Source of the DNA: a virus
Taxonomy: Duplodnaviria; Caudoviricetes
Strand: one strand, 5' to 3'
IMG/VR virus record: IMGVR_UViG_3300037418_002332
DNA length: 64,000 bases
This document shows, one piece after another, positions 57,101 through 64,000 of this stretch. Both the position numbers and the translations under genes were made by a program. The notes under the pieces were generated by a model, which searched no databases, had not been told where the DNA came from, and saw only the letters and a list, made by a program, of their open reading frames with translations. Numbering within the stretch: the stretch's first letter is position 1; every line of letters begins with the position of its first letter.

Positions 57101-57715
57101 ATGTTTAAGAAGGCTGCGTTCGTAATTGCTGGTTTGCTGACTGCGACGCAGCCTTCATTCGCAAGTCCGCCCGATGTTTTCGGTTCCGTCGCGATCAAAC
57201 TCGGTAATGTTTCGATCGACGAAAAGTGGTTGCCGATTCAAAAAGAAATCGACGCATGTGTTGATGGTAGTTGCTTCACTCCCGAATTCAAAAAGTTCCT
57301 CGCTGGGTTGAAAGGCAAGACCTTTAAGGATCAGCTTGAAGCGATTAATCTCCATGTGAATCAAATCATCAAATACAAAAATGACGTTGATGATGAATGG
57401 ACAGGTCCTGGCGAAACCCTTGCTCGCGGTTATGGTGATTGTGAGGATTATGCAATTCTCAAGTTGACTGCATTGCGCAATATTGGTATTGATTCCCAGT
57501 ATCTTGCGATGGTCGTTGTGAATTTCAAAGGCACTGATGGCAAAGTCAATTACCATGCGGTAACCACGGTTTCAACAAATTTCGGTTATCAGGTTTTGGA
57601 TATCGTCACCAACGCGGTTTATAACGATTCAACCAACCACGTTTACTTTCCGTTATACTCTTTCAGCGATAATGCAGTTTATATCGCTGGAAGGAAAGTG
57701 AGCAATGGCAATTGA
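57101..57715 (+). CDS. BTLCP transglutaminase-like cysteine peptidase (LapG-like)
   Basis: signal peptide; IKYKND..D.W, GDCEDYAILK, YHAV, VLD triad. Confidence 0.85.
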   Translation: MFKKAAFVIAGLLTATQPSFASPPDVFGSVAIKLGNVSIDEKWLPIQKEIDACVDGSCFTPEFKKFLAGLKGKTFKDQLEAINLHVNQIIKYKNDVDDEWTGPGETLARGYGDCEDYAILKLTALRNIGIDSQYLAMVVVNFKGTDGKVNYHAVTTVSTNFGYQVLDIVTNAVYNDSTNHVYFPLYSFSDNAVYIAGRKVSNGN

Positions 57716-57884
57716 TGAGCTTGAGGAACTCGTAAACAAGGAACTTTCTCGTGATATGCGCGAAAGAGAAGCATATCCTGAACTCAAGGATAGCGATCCA
57801 TTTTGGAATGGTGAAATCATCGAAGGAAAAATGCACGAGAACAAAGATATCTCTTTACCTTGCCTCACTTTCAAGCTATAATGT

Positions 57885-58184
57885 TTGAAAGTGATGAAGG
57901 GTGTTGAAATGGATATCTCTGAAATCAAGGAAGGCTCTGTCCTCCGTTTGATTTGGGTAAAGGGTTATGGTGGTCATGGTGCTACCATGAAAATCACCAA
58001 AGTGAACAACAAATCCTTCAAGGCTGTAGAAATGAATCGTTCCTACAGCCCAGGAACCCTGTGGACTATCCACAAAAATTCTGAATTTCTCGTTCTGAGC
58101 GGTGAGAACAAATTTAAGTTCAATCGTGGTGAACTCGAATATTCAGGCAAGAACGAATATTTTGGTTTGGGTGATTGGCAATAA
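57885..58184 (+). CDS. hypothetical protein
   Basis: ORF after early promoter 57843-57882. Confidence 0.5.
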   Translation: MKVMKGVEMDISEIKEGSVLRLIWVKGYGGHGATMKITKVNNKSFKAVEMNRSYSPGTLWTIHKNSEFLVLSGENKFKFNRGELEYSGKNEYFGLGDWQ

Positions 58185-58255
58185 ATTCTTCTGGCAGTAG
58201 AAGATTCTACTTTACTTCATCTACAATTCAGCTATAATGGTTGTATAAGGTGAAA
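58184..58255 (+). promoter_or_regulatory. early promoter with dyad and conserved leader
   Basis: AATTCTTC-N8-GAAGATTC-tac-TTTACT-N16-TATAATGGTTGTATAAGGTGAAA. Confidence 0.8.
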
Positions 58256-58270
58256 CGGAAAGTTGCTAAA

Positions 58271-58579
58271 ATGAAACTGCATCTTCGTGCTCTCTCCTCG
58301 AACGAATTTACCTGGAGCAAGGAAAGCAAATCCTTCTCCGCTGAAATGTCCGACTTCCGCGGTGTTGACCGCGATCTCTTCCAACGCATCTATGACGATG
58401 CCTGCGACACCGGGTTCGCCATGTACTCCGAACGTACTGGTACGACCGAAACCTTTTACTTCTCCAAAGAAATATTTTCAGGTCGCGGTGAAGATCGCGA
58501 ACTCGCCGGATGGGAATTTCTCCCCTTGAACAAAGAACTCGCTGACCTTGGTATCAAGGTTGTGATCTTCAACGACTGA
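58271..58579 (+). CDS. hypothetical early protein
   Basis: ATG 58271 after the leader. Confidence 0.55.
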   Translation: MKLHLRALSSNEFTWSKESKSFSAEMSDFRGVDRDLFQRIYDDACDTGFAMYSERTGTTETFYFSKEIFSGRGEDRELAGWEFLPLNKELADLGIKVVIFND

Positions 58580-58588
58580 GGTGTTGAA

Positions 58589-58798
58589 ATGAATGCTCGT
58601 CAATATGTTCGAATCACCAAGCTTGAAGCTCGAGCTATGATCATGCGAATGATTGGTGAAGGATTCAAAGACCATCTTCACAACGATAATTTGGTCGGGT
58701 TTTACAAGTTCGATTTCGTAACCAACAAGGATGTTTGGTCGGACACCGAACTCTGCTTCATCGACGACATCGAAGTTCGTTTGTACTGGAGACCTTGA
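58589..58798 (+). CDS. hypothetical protein
   Basis: GAGG SD. Confidence 0.5.
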   Translation: MNARQYVRITKLEARAMIMRMIGEGFKDHLHNDNLVGFYKFDFVTNKDVWSDTELCFIDDIEVRLYWRP

Positions 58799-58800
58799 AA

Positions 58801-59007
58801 ATGGCACGCATGACCTACACCAAAGCAATCGAGTGGATCGTTCTTGAGGACGATATTGAATGGCTCGATGACGAAGATGGTTCGCCTTCGGTGACCGCAA
58901 TTTTTCTGGCCGAAATCTACAATGTTGAGGTAGATCAGGTCACTCGTGCCCTTCGCAAGACTCGCGATCGGTTGAAGGCTGCTGAGAAGGAGAAAAGCAA
59001 TGGCTAG
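58801..59007 (+). CDS. hypothetical protein
   Basis: ORF. Confidence 0.5.
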   Translation: MARMTYTKAIEWIVLEDDIEWLDDEDGSPSVTAIFLAEIYNVEVDQVTRALRKTRDRLKAAEKEKSNG

Positions 59008-59203
59008 ATTTCAGCGTGGTTATTGGATTGTAATGAGCAATTCAGCCGGTGAACTCGACCGTGTTTTCGTCAAGGAAGACAACACTTCCGGCGAAAGAAT
59101 GGCTGAAGCTTTGATCAGAATGATTGAAGACACAGGAACTCTCAATGCTGGAGATTCCTTCACGGTTGTTGAAGGTGAATCAGAGATCGTCAACGAAGAA
59201 TAA
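59000..59203 (+). CDS. hypothetical protein
   Basis: AAGGAG SD. Confidence 0.5.
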   Translation: MARFQRGYWIVMSNSAGELDRVFVKEDNTSGERMAEALIRMIEDTGTLNAGDSFTVVEGESEIVNEE

Positions 59204-59214
59204 TTGTTAAAAAC

Positions 59215-59254
59215 AAAGATATCTCTTTACTCCTTACCAATCATTTAGTATAAT
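59215..59254 (+). promoter_or_regulatory. early promoter
   Basis: AAAGATAT-ctc-TTTACT-N17-TATAAT. Confidence 0.75.
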
Positions 59255-59276
59255 GATTGTAGATAAGGAGTTTGAA

Positions 59277-60767
59277 ATGAAGCTTTTCCCGGATCAGGTT
59301 TCTCCCGTAGCTGAAGCGGTAGCTTACCTTAAAAACCGTAAAAACGTTTTGCTGCTGGGCCCTACTGGTTCTGGTAAAACTGTGATGGGTGCCGACATCG
59401 TACTTCAGATGTCGATGAAAACCGTCTTTATCGTTAACAAAATCACCCTGTTGTCGCAAGCTTATGATACGCTTCGCGCCCATGGGGTGAACGTTGCTGT
59501 GTTCCACAATTCGGTGACTAAGAACGTCGCCGGCGAAGTGATGAACGCTGATTGGGTTAACGCTGACGTTGTTGTAACCCTGATCGAAACCTTTGAAAAT
59601 GCTCAGCTGGATTTTGTTCCCGCTCTGATCGTGCTTGATGAGTGTCACAAATCGACCTCAGCCGGTTATCAAAACTTCCGTGACCGTTGCTCTGAAGCTT
59701 TGGTTCTTGGTTTGACCGCTACTCCTGGCCGCCTGAAGAATAAATCTGGTGAAGCTCTCGGTGAGTGGTATGATGTGATGGTGGTTGCTGATACTTGCGC
59801 CGCCTTGATCGAGAAAGGTCGTCTGGCTCGTCCGGTCTACAAAATTCGCGACGAAAACGAAAATGTTGTTGAAGCTTGGATGGAACTGGTGTCTGGTGAT
59901 GAAAATCGCCGCACTATTATGTTCGTCAAGAACGCTTCTCATATGATTGCTTTGAAGAAGGCTTTCACTGAAAATGGTATCTCGGCTGAATATATCTCTT
60001 CCGGTTCTGACCTTGAAGATGTGAAGGATGAAATCGCAGTAACCACAAATGAGCAGCGCAATGAATTGTTCCGCCGCTTCAAGGCTGGTACATTGGATGT
60101 TCTGATTTCGTTCGGCGTTCTTTGTGAAGGCTTCGATGAACCGCTGGCGAAGTATTGCTTCCTTCTTCGTAAGGTGAGCCACGTTTCGCTTCTTCACCAG
60201 ATGATTGGTCGCGTGTTGCGGTCGGCTGCTGGTAAGGAAAACGGTGTTATCGTTGACTTGTTCGGCAATATCGATGACTTCGGTCCGATTGAGCACTACA
60301 AGTGGGAAATGGACGGCACCGCTTATAAGGAAGCAACGGTTGTTCGTGAAGGTGATACAGTATACTATGGTCACTTCGCCCGCAAGCCGGTTGTTTATGT
60401 GGTTTGCGCTGAATGTACCCATGTGTATGACGTTGCTAAGGAAGACACCTGCCCTTGCTGTGATCGGATGAATAAGATTAAAATTTCGGCTTCCTTCAAG
60501 CAGCTGAAAGAATACTTTATGATGAAGATTGACCCTGTTGCTTTTGCAAGGCATACTCGGTTTGCAAAGAAGGGTGACGAATTCTGGTCGTTTTTGGAAA
60601 TTGTTAACAAAGCAATCAAACTGAATAAGACCCATGAGTTCAACCGGGTTCAGTTTGAACTGTTCGAAGTTGATGGTTCTCTGATTAAGGAATATCGCTG
60701 GATGCAGGTTGCTCTGGATAACATGAGGAAGCTGAAGTCTGAATCGAAAATTGAGTTCGCTATCTGA
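59277..60767 (+). CDS. superfamily II DExH helicase
   Basis: GPTGSGKT, DECH, TATP, LCEGFD, QMIGRVLR; C-terminal Zn-binding CxxC pairs. Confidence 0.92.
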   Translation: MKLFPDQVSPVAEAVAYLKNRKNVLLLGPTGSGKTVMGADIVLQMSMKTVFIVNKITLLSQAYDTLRAHGVNVAVFHNSVTKNVAGEVMNADWVNADVVVTLIETFENAQLDFVPALIVLDECHKSTSAGYQNFRDRCSEALVLGLTATPGRLKNKSGEALGEWYDVMVVADTCAALIEKGRLARPVYKIRDENENVVEAWMELVSGDENRRTIMFVKNASHMIALKKAFTENGISAEYISSGSDLEDVKDEIAVTTNEQRNELFRRFKAGTLDVLISFGVLCEGFDEPLAKYCFLLRKVSHVSLLHQMIGRVLRSAAGKENGVIVDLFGNIDDFGPIEHYKWEMDGTAYKEATVVREGDTVYYGHFARKPVVYVVCAECTHVYDVAKEDTCPCCDRMNKIKISASFKQLKEYFMMKIDPVAFARHTRFAKKGDEFWSFLEIVNKAIKLNKTHEFNRVQFELFEVDGSLIKEYRWMQVALDNMRKLKSESKIEFAI

Positions 60768-60789
60768 GGATTAAGAAAAGGAAAATGAA

Positions 60790-61461
60790 ATGATAACAAT
60801 AGCTGTGGGCGATGTCCACGGTTGTTTGGAAGAACTGAAACAACTCATCGCAAGTTTGTCCCAGTATCACAATCGGGACGACGTGCGATGGGTGTTCTTG
60901 GGAGATTATGTTGACCGTGGACCTGACGTTCGCGGCGTTGTAAACTTTTTGATGGAATTCAGTCAGACTAACAACTGTGTGTTTTTGAAGGGCAATCATG
61001 AAGACATGATGCTTGATCCATACAGCCAGGCTGATTGGCTCAGGAATGGCGGCAATGATACGTTGAATTCGTATCCAGATCGCCAAATTCCTCAAGATCA
61101 TATGAACTTCTACAGAAGTTTGGTATTTTTCTATGAGACAGAAACTCACTTTTTCTGTCACGCAGGCGTCCACCCGTATTATCCTTTGGATGAACAAAGC
61201 CCAAATGATTTGCTGTGGATCAGACAAACATTCCTTTATTCTGATAAGGATTTTGGAAAGATTGTTGTTCACGGTCACACACCTCAAGACCTTGAAAATC
61301 CTGTTGTTCGTCCAAACCGAATCAACATCGATCAGGGTTGCGTTTTTGGTGGACGATTGACGGCTGTTGTTCTTGAAGATAAACACGAACCAAAATTTGT
61401 TCAAGTTCAATCAAATTATTCTTGGAAGAAGGGTTTTCTTCTGAAACCAAATAAGGTATAA
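60790..61461 (+). CDS. metallophosphoesterase (Ser/Thr phosphatase/ApaH-like)
   Basis: GDVHG, GDYVDRG, GNHE, HAG, HGHT. Confidence 0.92.
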   Translation: MITIAVGDVHGCLEELKQLIASLSQYHNRDDVRWVFLGDYVDRGPDVRGVVNFLMEFSQTNNCVFLKGNHEDMMLDPYSQADWLRNGGNDTLNSYPDRQIPQDHMNFYRSLVFFYETETHFFCHAGVHPYYPLDEQSPNDLLWIRQTFLYSDKDFGKIVVHGHTPQDLENPVVRPNRINIDQGCVFGGRLTAVVLEDKHEPKFVQVQSNYSWKKGFLLKPNKV

Positions 61462-61467
61462 GACGTT

Positions 61468-61950
61468 ATGGCTAAATTGAAATTTTATATGTTGATCGGT
61501 GTTCCTGGTTCGGGTAAATCTACATGGACAAAGACTTTTCTTGAGTCCTCTGACGAGGAATATGCTATTCTTTCTACGGATGGATATATTGAGCGTGAAG
61601 CTCAGGCTCAAGGGAAGACTTACAATGATGTGTTCAAGTCTGCGGTGAAAGCTGCGTCTCAGAATATGGAAACTGATTTGGCGGTTGCCGTCAAGACTGG
61701 ATTGAATATCATTTGGGATCAAACCAATTTGACTCATGGCTCTCGAGCCAAAAAGTTGAAGGAAATTCCTTCTTCTCAATATGAGAAAATTGCTGTGGTC
61801 TTCATGACGCCTCCTGATTTGGATGCGCGCTTGGCTTCGAGACCGGGAAAGACAATTCCCATGAACGTTATCAAGCAAATGTTGGGTTCTTTCGAAATGC
61901 CTACTCTCCATGAAGGTTTTTCGAAAATTATTGTTGCGAGGAATACATGA
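61468..61950 (+). CDS. polynucleotide kinase-like P-loop (PseT N-terminal/AAA_33)
   Basis: IGVPGSGKST, ILSTD, WDQTNL. Confidence 0.85.
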   Translation: MAKLKFYMLIGVPGSGKSTWTKTFLESSDEEYAILSTDGYIEREAQAQGKTYNDVFKSAVKAASQNMETDLAVAVKTGLNIIWDQTNLTHGSRAKKLKEIPSSQYEKIAVVFMTPPDLDARLASRPGKTIPMNVIKQMLGSFEMPTLHEGFSKIIVARNT

Positions 61951-62552
61951 ATTGGAATTTAGACAATATCCTGGTTTGGTCGGATGTGCACTTCGGTCAC
62001 AGAAATGTGATGAAGTTTTGTCCAGCCACTCGTCCTTGGGCAGCTGATCCGCTGAACCCAACCGACGATGAGACCAAGGTTATGGATAAGGCTCTGATCG
62101 AGGCTTGGAATAAGCGCACCAAGGGTAAGACAATCTTTATGCTTGGTGACTTTTCCTTTTCACGTGATTCCGAATACAATGCTTGGATTTTCAGCCAACT
62201 GCTGGGTGATAAGCATCTGATCCTGGGTAACCATGATCATTCGGACACGCGAAAGCTGCCTTGGTCAAGCATCAGTAATTACAAGGAACTGAAGGTTGAA
62301 GGGAATCAGTTTATTCTATTCCATTATCCAATCTCTTCATGGAATAACTGCCGTCATGGTTCTTTCCATCTGCATGGTCACGTTCATGGAGAGCATGTTC
62401 CTGGTAAGCAAACTCTGAGAATGCTGGACGTTGCCGTTGATAATGGTTTCGCCGAGCCTATCAGTCTGCGGGAGTGTATTGATCAGATCGGTTCTCGATC
62501 AAATCATCCAATCAAGTGGGAACTTGAACCCACTGCGGTTGTCCCCGCATGA
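61947..62552 (+). CDS. calcineurin-like phosphoesterase (RNA end-healing type)
   Basis: WSDVHFGH, LGDF, GNHD, HYP, HGHVH. Confidence 0.88.
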   Translation: MNWNLDNILVWSDVHFGHRNVMKFCPATRPWAADPLNPTDDETKVMDKALIEAWNKRTKGKTIFMLGDFSFSRDSEYNAWIFSQLLGDKHLILGNHDHSDTRKLPWSSISNYKELKVEGNQFILFHYPISSWNNCRHGSFHLHGHVHGEHVPGKQTLRMLDVAVDNGFAEPISLRECIDQIGSRSNHPIKWELEPTAVVPA

Positions 62553-62737
62553 TAACAGACGTGGTGGTTGGAAATGTTTATATTGCCAAATCTCAAGGCA
62601 AGATGATCACTCCAATCACCCGTTACGTTGAAGTCATCTGGGACGATGGTGAGAACATTCATTATCGTCTTGATGGTGAAGACCTAGTCAAACAAACGTC
62701 CAAAATTCGGTTCCTCGAAATTCTCAATGGAGTTTGA
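62549..62737 (+). CDS. hypothetical protein
   Basis: coupled ORF. Confidence 0.45.
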   Translation: MITDVVVGNVYIAKSQGKMITPITRYVEVIWDDGENIHYRLDGEDLVKQTSKIRFLEILNGV

Positions 62738-62739
62738 AC

Positions 62740-63234
62740 ATGATTGAAATTGTGTCTGGTAATATCTTTGAATCACCTGCTGAGTGCATAACTGACGCAA
62801 ATAATTCAATCGGTGTTTCAGGCGCTGGATTGGCTTTGGCATTTGCTAGACGTTATCCAAAAACCGCTGAACATTATAATAAGTTCAGTCGTGAATGGCA
62901 GGCTCACCACAAGGTTCGGTCAGCTAATGGCGACGACTATGAACCTATTCTTCTACATCCTGTGATTTATCCTAAAGGCAACCAGGATAATTCTGATTAT
63001 GCAATTTGTAAATTTCCAACGATGGTCTTTCCGGGAGAACTAACTAAGGATGAGAACATCGTAAAAAATCTCATCGCATTACGCAATCTTTTACCGTTGA
63101 AACTGATTAATTCAATCGCGCTGCCTGCATTGGGCTGCGGAATTGGACGATACAGTTTTGACCAATTAGAACAAAATGTCAGGAAAATTTTTGATGAATC
63201 AGCAATTGACGTCTATCTCTACAAGCCTGGTTGA
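62740..63234 (+). CDS. macrodomain ADP-ribose-processing protein (DarG/Poa1p-like)
   Basis: GNIF, NNSIGVSGAGLALAFARRYP, KFPT, IALPALGCGIG. Confidence 0.85.
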   Translation: MIEIVSGNIFESPAECITDANNSIGVSGAGLALAFARRYPKTAEHYNKFSREWQAHHKVRSANGDDYEPILLHPVIYPKGNQDNSDYAICKFPTMVFPGELTKDENIVKNLIALRNLLPLKLINSIALPALGCGIGRYSFDQLEQNVRKIFDESAIDVYLYKPG

Positions 63235-64000
63235 TGAAGTTTCCAAGTTTCAAACAGACTTCGTCGCGCATTTTCATATCTGGCTTGCAAATCAACTTAC
63301 CAATAACGATTTTCTGATTGCTGGTGTAGGTACAGTTGCCCTTAGTGCGGCAATGTACCTACTGCGCAATGTTCCATTCTACATTTGGGACTTCCTCAGC
63401 TATCGCTTCACCGTCAAGGTTACGGTGTTCAACAACAATCCCATCTTTTATGATCTCACCAAAGAATTGAACAAAAAGACCATTCAGCTTTTCAGTCGAC
63501 ATAAGATGTTAGACAAATCTCATCTTACTGTTGGCCTTGGAAGTTCGGTGAGTTGGTTTCTTGGTCGATTGGTATTTGTTGAACGTTCTCAAGAAAAGTC
63601 TGATTCCCGTGAATTCAAACAGACTTTGACTCTTGTTTTCCCCTTTCTCACTCACAAAAAATTGGTGAAGCTTTTTGAGAGATTCATTGCTGAAAAAGAC
63701 GTGGCCAATCGTGACACATTTCGAGTCTATTCACTTGAAAACAATTATTTGAATTTCATGAAAACCACTCCAAAACGTCCAGTGGAAAGTATTTTTCTTC
63801 CAAAGGATGTTGTGGATCATATTCATGAACGCATCAATTTCTTTTTGACTAATCGTGATTGGTATCGTAAGCGAGGCATTCCTTACAAATATGCTATCCT
63901 TCTTCATGGTGTTCCAGGCACCGGCAAAACAACCCTAGCCAAGTACATTGCATCATTTACCAATCGCAATATGGTTCTTGTTACACCATCAAAACTTTCT
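63194..64000 (+). CDS. BCS1-like AAA ATPase (partial, runs off the window; not in ORF track)
   Basis: manual translation: TM helix, then ...SIFLP...DWYRKRGIPYKYAILLHGVPGTGKTT; start tentative. Confidence 0.75.
   Translation, partial: MNQQLTSISTSLVDEVSKFQTDFVAHFHIWLANQLTNNDFLIAGVGTVALSAAMYLLRNVPFYIWDFLSYRFTVKVTVFNNNPIFYDLTKELNKKTIQLFSRHKMLDKSHLTVGLGSSVSWFLGRLVFVERSQEKSDSREFKQTLTLVFPFLTHKKLVKLFERFIAEKDVANRDTFRVYSLENNYLNFMKTTPKRPVESIFLPKDVVDHIHERINFFLTNRDWYRKRGIPYKYAILLHGVPGTGKTTLAKYIASFTNRNMVLVTPSKLS

Noticed and set aside
37492-58270. ORF starts MYKVKR... at 37492 and 58241
   Set aside because: Artefacts of the shared promoter leader GTATAAGGTGAAA; better starts are 37522 and 58271
82-62179. 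The many minus-strand ORFs in the track (e.g. 27294-27998, 59658-60635, 60760-61410)
   Set aside because: All are antisense shadows of well-supported + strand genes, with no SD or recognisable motifs
1-64000. CRISPR array, integrase/transposase, rRNA, or alternative genetic code
   Set aside because: No regularly spaced repeats or such motifs seen; long genes are intact and use TAA, TAG and TGA as normal stops

Overview
This is 64 kb of a large T4-like (gp55/gp45-type) myovirus genome. The host is probably an alphaproteobacterium, judged from a circularly permuted tmRNA, a GapR homolog, a BTLCP protease and a TAXI binding protein. Essentially all genes are on the + strand. Most of the window is early/accessory sequence driven by repeated TTTACT-N16-17-TATAAT promoters, with a few late virion genes inserted behind TAAATA promoters. 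Main modules: (1) a dispersed DNA hypermodification locus at ~8-19 kb (TET/JBP dioxygenase, two TAGT-like glycosyltransferases, class II glutamine amidotransferase, amidoligase, LMW-PTP, aGPT-PPase/amino acid:DNA transferase, P-loop kinase), in which three enzymes end in the same LxDFF clamp-docking-like tail; (2) translation/RNA genes (CCA-adding enzyme, 135-nt tRNA-like RNA, two-piece tmRNA, CysRS lacking its anticodon domain, RlmN-like radical SAM enzyme, mini class II aaRS-like protein); (3) two NAD salvage routes (PnuC+NadR and NadM-Nudix+NadV); (4) RNA repair (three ligases, split kinase/phosphatase/phosphoesterase, RlaP-like NTase); (5) rIIA/rIIB, HNH nucleases, SF2 helicase, DnaQ exonuclease, macrodomain and many small hypothetical genes. 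All family assignments come from motifs recognised by eye. No database search or folding program was run.
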